Assembly: GCA_023819525.1 (NCBI GenBank)
Contig: JAMWCT010000002.1
Span: forward strand, 1-37,179
Direction of reading: 5' to 3'
From: Candidatus Omnitrophota bacterium
Lineage (GTDB): Bacteria > Omnitrophota > Gorgyraeia > Duberdicusellales > 4484-171
DNA: 37,179 nt
In this document: in pieces, positions 28,884-36,972 of the stretch
Layout of the letters: each line of letters starts with the position of its first letter
Position numbering within the stretch: the first letter of the stretch is position 1
Translations under genes and position numbers: made by a program
Notes under the pieces: generated by a model
The model's database searches: none
Told to the model about the DNA's origin: nothing
What the model saw: only the letters and a program-made list of their open reading frames with translations

Positions 28884-29588
28884 ATGAATAAGAAAGCTGA
28901 ACCATTAATAGCCTACAACTTAGATACGCAAAGAATAAAAGAGACTTTTTTTTCTCTACCAAAAAAAAGGCATATTGTAAAAAAGAAAAAAGGTTTTTCT
29001 ACAAAAAACAAATATTTTTTTATAGTAGTTGCCTCTGCTATTTTTTTATCTTTTTTTTTCTTTTTGCTAAATTATGATTTTTTAATTATTCCTAAAAAAA
29101 GTATAAAACAAAATGGTATCCCACTTTTACAAAAAAAATTCTCAAACATTAAAATCATAACAAAAAACACTAACATAAAAGCAATCAAAAAATTGCCTAT
29201 TTATATTGACTTATTACAAAATAAAGAATTAATAATTGAATTTAAAAAACCTACTAATTTAAAAGAAAATTTATTGTTTTTATATATTAAAAAATCACCA
29301 CCGCCTATAGAAATGACAGTTACCGTCAGGGATGAACAATTTTTTTCTAATTCTCTAAACCCTTATAAATTGACAATAACACAAACCAATAATGACTATA
29401 TAAAGATTCCCCTTGATTTTACAACTATAAATTTTCAAAATGCAAATTTAAGAAATATTTCGCAAATAAAATTTTCTTTTTTATCAACGAGCTTTAATTT
29501 AAATATCGAAAAAATTATCAAAAATAAAAATGATAAAAATTGGGTAATATTAAAAAATCTTTTTTTAATAAAAAAGGAGGTATTGTGA
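28884..29588 (+). CDS. Single-pass membrane protein: basic N-terminal tail, TM helix, putative carbohydrate-binding (CBM11/CIA30-like) domain
   Basis: KKRHIVKKKKG, then hydrophobic YFFIVVASAIFLSFFFFLL. The C-terminal pattern IKIPLDF...NLRNISQIKFSF...ILKNLFL resembles galactose-binding-like folds (by eye). Stop overlaps the next start (GTGA). Confidence 0.6.
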   Translation: MNKKAEPLIAYNLDTQRIKETFFSLPKKRHIVKKKKGFSTKNKYFFIVVASAIFLSFFFFLLNYDFLIIPKKSIKQNGIPLLQKKFSNIKIITKNTNIKAIKKLPIYIDLLQNKELIIEFKKPTNLKENLLFLYIKKSPPPIEMTVTVRDEQFFSNSLNPYKLTITQTNNDYIKIPLDFTTINFQNANLRNISQIKFSFLSTSFNLNIEKIIKNKNDKNWVILKNLFLIKKEVL

Positions 29589-30601
29589 AAACTATAGCAA
29601 TAGTAAACCAAAAAGGTGGTTGCGGAAAAACAACTATTGCTATAAATCTATCAGCCGCTCTAGTTAAAAAAAATTATAAAGTTTTACTTGTTGATCTAGA
29701 TCCACAAGCCCATGCAACATATTCTTTAGGAGCAAATGCAAATTTATCTATAACTGACATAATGGAAGCAATTGCTGAAAATAAACAACTTTCTTGCGAA
29801 GATATACTTAAATCGTTGTGGGAAAACTTTTATATTATTCCATCAAGTATAGGTTTGGCCTCTTTAGAACATCGACTTATAAATAAAGAAAATAAATTAG
29901 CCTTGCTATCTTCTCTTTTGAAAAACATTTTAAATTTTGATTATTGTATTTTAGATTGTCCACCAAATTTAGGTCTATTAACACTTAATGCATTATGGAC
30001 AAGCCAATATGCAATAATTCCTTTAAGTATGTGTGACTATTCTTTACGTGGCGTAGAAATATTAAAAAATATTATTCTTATGATAAAGGAACAACAAAAC
30101 TCCTGTCCTATAACTTTTTACCTTCTGAATGGTGTAGATAAAAGATATAAATTTGTAGAAAACTTTATTACAAAAGCCAAATTACAACTTAACACTCTTC
30201 TTTTAGATACACAAATACGCACTAATATACATTTACGTGAAGCAGCATCTTCTGGAAAATCAATATTTCAATATAAACCGGATAGTCGTGGAGCTCAGGA
30301 TTTTTATACTTTAGCCGAAGAGGTAGAAAAAATCACTTCACAAAGTAATTGGGTATCGCTTTTTTTAAAAGATAATTCTTTCTCTGAAGTTTATGTTGCT
30401 GGAGATTTTAATAACTGGAATAAAGATCAGAAATATAGATTAAGCAAAATTGGAGATATTTGGAGCATTAATCTTGCTTTAGATAAAGGAAAATATTGCT
30501 ATAAATTTGTAAATCAAGAAAGTTGGTTTTCTGATCCTCATAATAATTTAACAGAAACAGATCCCTTTGGTGGAAAAAACTCTGTACTTATAATTAAATA
30601 A
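29585..30601 (+). CDS. ParA/Soj-family ATPase fused to a C-terminal glycogen-binding module (CBM48/AMPK1_CBM)
   Basis: Deviant Walker A NQKGGCGKTT, VDLDPQ, ILDCPP. C-terminal VYVAGDFNNW...YKF...W..DP...DPFGGKNSV. GTG at 29585 follows AAGGAGG; 338 aa. Confidence 0.9.
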   Translation: MKTIAIVNQKGGCGKTTIAINLSAALVKKNYKVLLVDLDPQAHATYSLGANANLSITDIMEAIAENKQLSCEDILKSLWENFYIIPSSIGLASLEHRLINKENKLALLSSLLKNILNFDYCILDCPPNLGLLTLNALWTSQYAIIPLSMCDYSLRGVEILKNIILMIKEQQNSCPITFYLLNGVDKRYKFVENFITKAKLQLNTLLLDTQIRTNIHLREAASSGKSIFQYKPDSRGAQDFYTLAEEVEKITSQSNWVSLFLKDNSFSEVYVAGDFNNWNKDQKYRLSKIGDIWSINLALDKGKYCYKFVNQESWFSDPHNNLTETDPFGGKNSVLIIK

Positions 30602-30602
30602 C

Positions 30603-31286
30603 TTAATAGTCCTTCCTTGCTAATAAAACCTTCCCAACGGGCAGGTTAACAGATAGATGCAAAACAGTTTTTGTCTCTTTCTCTAAAAACACGTTGATGT
30701 GTTTCTCTTTTAAACCTTTTATAAGATAAACGTTTTTTGTTTTTCCATTTTTCATTAGTGTTTTTAGTGAATCTACTTTCAGATCTATCTTATTAGTTGG
30801 AAAAATAAAACTAAAAAATGATTTTTTATCTAAATCTAAGTTTTTGGGGAAATAATAAAGCAAGGCTAACATATTTTGAATGGGTTTTCCTGGATAAAAA
30901 ATTTTTGTTTTCTTTGCAAAGCCATTAGTATATATTTTTACATAACCTTTTTTTTGATTATATATTTCTTTAATGACTTCTCTTTTTCCGAAAAAATTTA
31001 TCTTTCTCTCTACTTTTAAAGGAAGATATGTTTTGCTATCAAGATAAATATATTCATGACTTTTTAAATTAAATAATGGGGCAACATTTATGTTTGTTTT
31101 AACAAGTAAAACTTCTACCCAATTTTCATAAGTAAAATTTTTCCCAACATAACTATATTCAATTTTTCCTACCAAAACGTCGTTAAAATAAACATCATAA
31201 AAGACGCTCTCTTGATTTGCCAAAACAAATCCATAATTACAAAATAATAACAAAGATATAAGCAGAGAAATTATACGCAATAGCAT
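30603..31286 (-). CDS. Exported hypothetical protein (DUF3108-like, beta-rich)
   Basis: N-terminal signal peptide (LLRIISLLISLLLFCNYGFVLA), beta-strand-rich body, 227 aa, overlaps the patatin gene stop. Family assignment is tentative. Confidence 0.6.
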   Translation of the reverse strand: MLLRIISLLISLLLFCNYGFVLANQESVFYDVYFNDVLVGKIEYSYVGKNFTYENWVEVLLVKTNINVAPLFNLKSHEYIYLDSKTYLPLKVERKINFFGKREVIKEIYNQKKGYVKIYTNGFAKKTKIFYPGKPIQNMLALLYYFPKNLDLDKKSFFSFIFPTNKIDLKVDSLKTLMKNGKTKNVYLIKGLKEKHINVFLEKETKTVLHLSVNLPVGKVLLARKDY

Positions 31287-33139
31287 TCCAGTTTTTTAAT
31301 TTCCTCTATTTTTTCTATCGCGGCCAGCTTTCCTCTTTCTATAATCTCATATACTTTTTCAAACTCCATCCAACCAATGCCTTCTAGATTTGGATGTATA
31401 ACCACATCAGCTATAGATACGGCTTTATTGATAAATTCTCTTTGCATAGTCTCAATGCTACCAAAAATAAAATCAAATATATGGTGTTTATTGCGTTTTT
31501 TATATTCTCTAAATATTTCTTCTTGAGTAGGTGTAATATTAACGGCAATTACTCTGTTCACATTATAGTTTAGTAGTATTTTTGTTGGAAGCGGATTTAA
31601 TATACCGCCATCTAAAAGAAGTTCTTCTTTAAATTTTACCGGCTCAAAAATTCCAGGCATCGCACAACTAGCCGCTACTGCTTTATATATAGGACCGCTA
31701 TCTATTACTGTTGTTTGTTTTTTTACAAAATCAAAAGCAACAATTTTAAGAGCATGTTTAACATCGTAAAAGCTTTTATTGCCAAAAATTTTCTTACAAA
31801 GGTGCTCAAGGTGTTTTGAACGTATCAAACCCCTAAATGGAATAGAAAAACCAAAAAATGAAAAACTTCGCAACAACTTTCCAAATTCTTTGGCAAGTCT
31901 TTCTATTTCAAATATCTTATAGCCCAAAGCCCAAAGCGCTGCTATAACTGAACCCATGCTTGTGCCGCAGATTAAATCTACAGTTACATTATGTTCCTCT
32001 AATACTTTTAAGACCCCTATATGAGAAAAACCATATGCAGCACCACTTCCCAAAGCCAGACCAACTACAACTTCTCCAAGTTGGCGACTAATTCTTGTAA
32101 TTGCTTTATCATAAGCATCAGTAGATATAGGAGGTAGAGTAGCGTAAATTGGATGATCTAGAATTGTAAGTTTTTCTTGCGTAAGTAAATTATCTTTGCT
32201 CCCAAATTCATTTACAAGAACTCTTATTCTATCCTGCGTAAAAGAATATTTGTTTTTTAACTCACCAATAAAAATGCTTGAGCGCTTTAATTCTTCTAAT
32301 TGTGAAAATAAAATAAAATCTATATAATCTGCTACATCTATAAACTCATCAACCACATCAATCATCTCTAAAGAGGGGACTTCATAAATAATAAAATGAT
32401 AATTTTCAGAAATAAAATTTAAAAAATCACCAAACAGATCTTTAGTGTCAAGTTTTAGCAAAAGATAATCAGCGTCATCAGAAATTATATTTTCAAAAAT
32501 TTTATTTTCATCAAATTTACTTAATAAAAGAGCATTCTGCTCTTTTTTAATAAAATAAGGAAGCATAAAGGTATCAGTTAAAGATATCTCTATACCAATA
32601 ACTTTGCGGTTTGTTACTTTTTTCAAGACTTTACATAGTTTATAAAGATAAGTAGTCTTACCAGAAGAGGAAAAACCTAAAATTGCAATTCTTCTAAATT
32701 GAAATATTTTTTTTGGCCTTGCTTCCTGTGCTCTTACACGCTGTGAAAGCATTCGTGAAAAATCTAACGAAATATTAGGATATTTAGTTAAAAATTGCTT
32801 AAATTTTTCTTTTTCTACTATCAAAATATACGAAGTTTCTATCGCTTTTGCAGTAATTGAATGTGGCTGGTCAGTAAAAAGAGAAATTATTCCAAAAGAC
32901 ATACATCTTTTAAGTAAATCTATTTCAATTTCTTTATTTTCATAAGAAACAGAAGCAACTACTTTTCCTTTCAGAATGAAATAAAAATAATCTGCTGGAT
33001 CAAATTGCTTATAAATTATTTGTCCTTTTTTGTATTCTTTTATAATCGCTATTAAAATAAGTTCATCGATGGCGCTTTCGTTTAATTTGTTAAATGTTGT
33101 GCTATTACTTAAAATAAATTTTACTTCTGCTATATCCAT
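31271..33139 (-). CDS. Fusion of cNMP-binding-like domain, P-loop (MinD/CpaE-like) domain and patatin phospholipase
   Basis: N-terminal YKKGQIIYKQFDPADYFYFILKGKV; central ILGFSSSGKTT; C-terminal LALGSGAAYG, GTSMG and DGG. Confidence 0.88.
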   Translation of the reverse strand: MDIAEVKFILSNSTTFNKLNESAIDELILIAIIKEYKKGQIIYKQFDPADYFYFILKGKVVASVSYENKEIEIDLLKRCMSFGIISLFTDQPHSITAKAIETSYILIVEKEKFKQFLTKYPNISLDFSRMLSQRVRAQEARPKKIFQFRRIAILGFSSSGKTTYLYKLCKVLKKVTNRKVIGIEISLTDTFMLPYFIKKEQNALLLSKFDENKIFENIISDDADYLLLKLDTKDLFGDFLNFISENYHFIIYEVPSLEMIDVVDEFIDVADYIDFILFSQLEELKRSSIFIGELKNKYSFTQDRIRVLVNEFGSKDNLLTQEKLTILDHPIYATLPPISTDAYDKAITRISRQLGEVVVGLALGSGAAYGFSHIGVLKVLEEHNVTVDLICGTSMGSVIAALWALGYKIFEIERLAKEFGKLLRSFSFFGFSIPFRGLIRSKHLEHLCKKIFGNKSFYDVKHALKIVAFDFVKKQTTVIDSGPIYKAVAASCAMPGIFEPVKFKEELLLDGGILNPLPTKILLNYNVNRVIAVNITPTQEEIFREYKKRNKHHIFDFIFGSIETMQREFINKAVSIADVVIHPNLEGIGWMEFEKVYEIIERGKLAAIEKIEEIKKLECYCV

Positions 33140-33157
33140 AAAAATTGTTTTAAACTA

Positions 33158-34363
33158 TCAGCGTATTATTAATTGATTTTCTTTACATATTTTAGCATAC
33201 AAAAAAGCAAAAGGTTTTATTTTTCTCTCAAAAGTTTCATAATTTACTTCTACCAATCCAAATCTTGGTCTAAATCCTTTTTCCCATTCATAGTTATCGA
33301 TAAGTGACCACCAAAAATATCCATTTATTTTGACACCCCCTTCTATGGCTTTTGCAACACTTAGAAGATGTGAAATTAAATAATCTTTATAAAACTTATC
33401 ATTATTTTCTGCTGTGCCATTTTCTGTGATAATTATAGGCAAATTAAATTTTGCTAATTTAAATAAAAGTATATACAAACCTTTTGGATAAACATACCAG
33501 CCAAGACAATTTTTCCCTCTTTTGTGATCGTGGGGGCATTCTCTACCATATATACCAAAAAATTGTGTATATTCTTTGCAATAGTAGTTAATAGAAAGAA
33601 AATCTAAAATTCTATTTTTGCAAAGTTTATCAAGCAAAGAAAAATTAAAAATGTTATCACGTATTTTAGCGGTTAGTTTGTTTAAACCAAAACTAAAATT
33701 TGGACAACTACGAAAAAACCGTAAATGCTTACTAAAAGAAACTTTGCAAAAATTTCCTGCATATATTCTTTTTATCTCTTCATAACCATTTTTGTACGCA
33801 TCTATTATGTTACATAAAACTTTTTTTGCGTCAGAAAAAGATTTTTTGCCAGGTGGCCAAATTCCTCTTATAAAACCATTATAAATATAAACCAAAGGTT
33901 CATTAAAAATTAACCAATATTTTACCTTATCTTTAAAAATTGAAACAATCTTTGTTAAATATTTTAAAAAGAAATCAATATTTTTTGCAACAAGCCAACC
34001 ATCTTTTTTAATAAACCAAATAGGGTTAGTGAAATGATGTAAAGTAACAAATGGTTCTAAATTTAATTCTATTAATGTATCTATAACTAACCGATAATGC
34101 CTCAGTGGTTCATCTACAAACTCCGTCTTCTCTGAACACAATCTTGACCACTCAAAAGAAAACCTTATTGCATTCAGATTAAGTTTTTTAGCGATACTAA
34201 AATCCTCTTTGAAAAGAAAATAATGATTGCTTGCAGAGGCTGCTGGTTCTAAATTGTTAAGTTTTTCCCACTCATACCAATCGCAATTAAAGTTGTTACC
34301 TTCGGTTTGATAACTTGAGATAGAAGCCCCCCATAAAAAAGATTGTGGAAATTTATAAATCAT
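33158..34363 (-). CDS. Glycoside hydrolase family 1 (beta-glycosidase)
   Basis: FLWGASISSYQTEG, RFSFEWSR, TLHHF, FNEP (acid/base), ITENG (nucleophile), WSLIDNYEW. Confidence 0.95.
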   Translation of the reverse strand: MIYKFPQSFLWGASISSYQTEGNNFNCDWYEWEKLNNLEPAASASNHYFLFKEDFSIAKKLNLNAIRFSFEWSRLCSEKTEFVDEPLRHYRLVIDTLIELNLEPFVTLHHFTNPIWFIKKDGWLVAKNIDFFLKYLTKIVSIFKDKVKYWLIFNEPLVYIYNGFIRGIWPPGKKSFSDAKKVLCNIIDAYKNGYEEIKRIYAGNFCKVSFSKHLRFFRSCPNFSFGLNKLTAKIRDNIFNFSLLDKLCKNRILDFLSINYYCKEYTQFFGIYGRECPHDHKRGKNCLGWYVYPKGLYILLFKLAKFNLPIIITENGTAENNDKFYKDYLISHLLSVAKAIEGGVKINGYFWWSLIDNYEWEKGFRPRFGLVEVNYETFERKIKPFAFLYAKICKENQLIIR

Positions 34364-34372
34364 CTACTTTTT

Positions 34373-34765
34373 TTAAGAGAGAGCCTCTAATGCTTTATTG
34401 TTATCGCCAGAGGAAAAAACAACAATTGCAGAACCCTTTGGCGTTGCAGCTGTTCCATACATATAAGTAATATCAACATTGGCTTCTTTTAATTTAGAAG
34501 CTAATATGTGGAGTTGACCGATTTCGTCTGGCATATCCACTATAATTACATCTTTGCTTTCAACGGTGCCAAATTTTTTTAAAATTTCTTTGGTAGTAGT
34601 ATTATTTGAAGTAAGTAGCCTAAAATATGCTTTTATACCATCGCTATATGCATTAATAGCTCTAATATTTACATTATTATCTTTTATAATTTTTGTTATC
34701 TGGTCTAATTTAACAATTTTATTTTCAGTAATAAGAAAAATCTCTTCTCCTCTTACTGCTTTCAT
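34373..34765 (-). CDS. Stand-alone tandem ACT domain protein
   Basis: 130 aa with two ACT-like repeats (ENKIVKL...NVNIRAI and MPDEIGQL...ANVDITYMY); AAGGAGG RBS. Confidence 0.78.
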   Translation of the reverse strand: MKAVRGEEIFLITENKIVKLDQITKIIKDNNVNIRAINAYSDGIKAYFRLLTSNNTTTKEILKKFGTVESKDVIIVDMPDEIGQLHILASKLKEANVDITYMYGTAATPKGSAIVVFSSGDNNKALEALS

Positions 34766-34797
34766 ATTTTTTCCTCCTTTTTGTGTTTAAAATCTAT

Positions 34798-34820
34798 AGA
34801 AAACAGAGGTCGCTCCTCTG
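34798..34820 (-). terminator. Probable intrinsic terminator downstream of the GH57 gene
   Basis: Minus strand reads CAGAGG-AGCGA-CCTCTG followed by TTTTCT, 34 nt after the GH57 stop. Confidence 0.6.
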
Positions 34821-34854
34821 ATTTGATTGCCTAAAAATTTGGTCTAAATAATAG

Positions 34855-36900
34855 CTATTTATTTGGATATATACTTAAAGATAAATTAAATTTATTTTTT
34901 TGTTCAAAAATAAAAAGTAAACAAAGTTGTTGATAAACCTTCTCAAAACCATCTTCAGAAGAAGAAACAGTATATATTGGAAAACTAAATATATTAACAT
35001 TTGTGTCTATCTTAAAATCCACAATTATTTTTTTAAATTTATCTAATATTTTAAAATTCTTTATAGAAGAAAAAACTCCTGCCTCTTTCAATGACAATTC
35101 TTCTTTTTTATTTTTAGCAAAAATATCTAATAATGATAAAAAAGACAAATTAAATTCTATTCCAAAATTATACTTATTTAAAATATTTTTTTTATCAAAA
35201 TTGTAAAGCACAGTTAATCCTGCTTCTTTTTCTATCGATATAGTTTTAGTAAAACTTAAATTTTTACTTTTATAATAAAAATCAATAGTGATTTTTTTAT
35301 TTTGACTCTTCATCTTAAAATTATAAAAGGTATTTGCTAAAGTGATAAAACCTCTCTGTTGATCGAAATCCTGTAGCGATATTTTTTTATCTAAAATGTG
35401 ATCTATCAATCCAAGTTTTTGATAATTATCGTATACCAAATACTTATAAAGATCTGGCTCTTTCTGTTTAACTATTTGATGAATAGTAGCAATCTCTTGA
35501 TTTGTGTTACTGTTAGCAGATAATTTTTGATGATATGATTCTTTTTGCCGAGTTACTGTATTTAGTAAATTGTATTGTGGGTCTTTTAGACAAAATTCTA
35601 AAAGAGTACCACCTTTTTGGGAAAAACAAAATATTGCCTTTTTATGATTTACAAGTATTTCGTCTTTTGTACATAAATCTATATCTTCTTGTTTGACCTC
35701 TATATCCTCAAAATCTAAATATTTTTTTTCAAAAAGCACTTGCGCTTTAATTAAATGTTCATAAACAGAACTGCGTAAATGCCCTAAATAGAATCCACCA
35801 AAAATTCCATGCCAATAACTACAGTTAGTCTGCGCTTTCCATAGATTTTTTAAAATTTCTATATCTTGCTTTAGATCTATTTTAGAATGTATTTTTTTAC
35901 TTATAGAAAGCATACGTTTATGCATATAATTTAGACGACTATACTTATGATAAAAATTTCTAAAAAATCCACCACGTATGAAATCTTTAAATTCTTCAAA
36001 TCTGTTCGTTTCTTTAAGAAAATTTTTTAACCTCTCATAAATAATGAAACTCTCAGGCATAAGAACCCATTCCCCCATCTCCTCATATGAGGATGTAGGT
36101 AAATAAATTATTCCGCAAGAACAAAATTTCTGTATTGCTTCTTCTGCTGTAATAGTTATGATATTTTTAGAATTAGACAGTTGGGCAAAAAAATTATTCA
36201 GCCAACCTTTATTATATACCCAATCAAAAGTATTTGGCCAAAGGCCAAATTTTTCTCCATCATCAAAAAGTGTAACTAAAACATCACTATCGGAAGCAAA
36301 ACTATTTAAAAGTTCAATAGCCTCATAGTGCTGGGAAAAAGGAATTTTATACCTTAAAGTTTTACTAATAGGAAAAATAAAAATAGGTTTAGCATCTTCT
36401 TCAGTTGTATAATAGCCAAAAAATTCTTTTTGAATTAGCCCCGCATAACGAAAATGAGTATCATCTAAAAAGGTATATTTTAAATTGCAATTATATATAA
36501 TCTTTACCAAATACTGCTCCCATACTCTTTCTGCAATCCAAATTCCTTTTGGCTCTATCCCAAATTCGCTTCTTAAAAAATCATTCATAAAATTTATCTG
36601 TCCATATTTATCATCATCGCTAATTAAAGGTAATATTGGCTCATAATATCCGCCGCTTATAATTTCAATTTGATTTCTATTTACAAGTTTTTTAAGAATA
36701 TCTATATATTGTGGAGCATTATTTAAAAACCAATCGTAGAGTGGACCAGAGTTGTGGATACAACACTTTATATTTGGAAATTTCTCTAATGTCAAAATAA
36801 ATGGCAAATAACAGTCGTGGTAAGCCTTCCTAAAAATACTATCAAAATTTCCTACCGGCTGATGGTTATGAACACCAAATAAAAAATATACTTTCCCCAT
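34855..36900 (-). CDS. GH57 alpha-amylase / 4-alpha-glucanotransferase
   Basis: HNHQPVGN, GGYYEPIL, WIAERVWE (nucleophile Glu), DDGEKFG (acid/base Asp), SYEEMGEW, YWHGIFGG, VSSSEDGFEKVYQ. Confidence 0.92.
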   Translation of the reverse strand: MGKVYFLFGVHNHQPVGNFDSIFRKAYHDCYLPFILTLEKFPNIKCCIHNSGPLYDWFLNNAPQYIDILKKLVNRNQIEIISGGYYEPILPLISDDDKYGQINFMNDFLRSEFGIEPKGIWIAERVWEQYLVKIIYNCNLKYTFLDDTHFRYAGLIQKEFFGYYTTEEDAKPIFIFPISKTLRYKIPFSQHYEAIELLNSFASDSDVLVTLFDDGEKFGLWPNTFDWVYNKGWLNNFFAQLSNSKNIITITAEEAIQKFCSCGIIYLPTSSYEEMGEWVLMPESFIIYERLKNFLKETNRFEEFKDFIRGGFFRNFYHKYSRLNYMHKRMLSISKKIHSKIDLKQDIEILKNLWKAQTNCSYWHGIFGGFYLGHLRSSVYEHLIKAQVLFEKKYLDFEDIEVKQEDIDLCTKDEILVNHKKAIFCFSQKGGTLLEFCLKDPQYNLLNTVTRQKESYHQKLSANSNTNQEIATIHQIVKQKEPDLYKYLVYDNYQKLGLIDHILDKKISLQDFDQQRGFITLANTFYNFKMKSQNKKITIDFYYKSKNLSFTKTISIEKEAGLTVLYNFDKKNILNKYNFGIEFNLSFLSLLDIFAKNKKEELSLKEAGVFSSIKNFKILDKFKKIIVDFKIDTNVNIFSFPIYTVSSSEDGFEKVYQQLCLLFIFEQKNKFNLSLSIYPNK

Positions 36901-36908
36901 AGAATATT

Positions 36909-36936
36909 AATATACCAACGATAAAATAATATGCAA
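36909..36936 (-). promoter_or_regulatory. Putative promoter for the GH57 gene, near-leaderless
   Basis: Minus strand reads TTGCAT (36936-31), 16 nt ending in TGG, TATATT (36914-09), 8 nt, then ATG (36900). No Shine-Dalgarno sequence. Confidence 0.45.
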
Positions 36937-36972
36937 TTAATTTGTTTATCAATTTTTTGTGAAGTTAACCTT

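Noticed and set aside
29540-30601. Chromosomal or plasmid parAB locus, and the ORF-track start at 29540
   Set aside because: No parB, parS-like palindrome or rep gene is visible. The true start is more likely GTG 29585, which follows AAGGAGG and places the Walker A at its usual N-terminal position.
31271-33139. CBASS/Pycsar-type anti-phage effector (patatin or cNMP domain)
   Set aside because: No CD-NTase, cyclase or other defence gene is nearby. The NTP transferase at 15011-15751 is a sugar-phosphate type located far away, and the context is metabolic.
276-35206. Many short ORFs (60-123 aa) in the ORF track lying antisense to known genes, e.g. 276-464, 1008-1256, 4231-4563, 6754-7083, 11521-11892, 20254-20625, 26628-26846, 34554-34790
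   Set aside because: They lie entirely or almost entirely opposite well-supported genes, have Phe/Ile/Ser-rich composition typical of reverse-frame shadows, and show no motifs or RBS.
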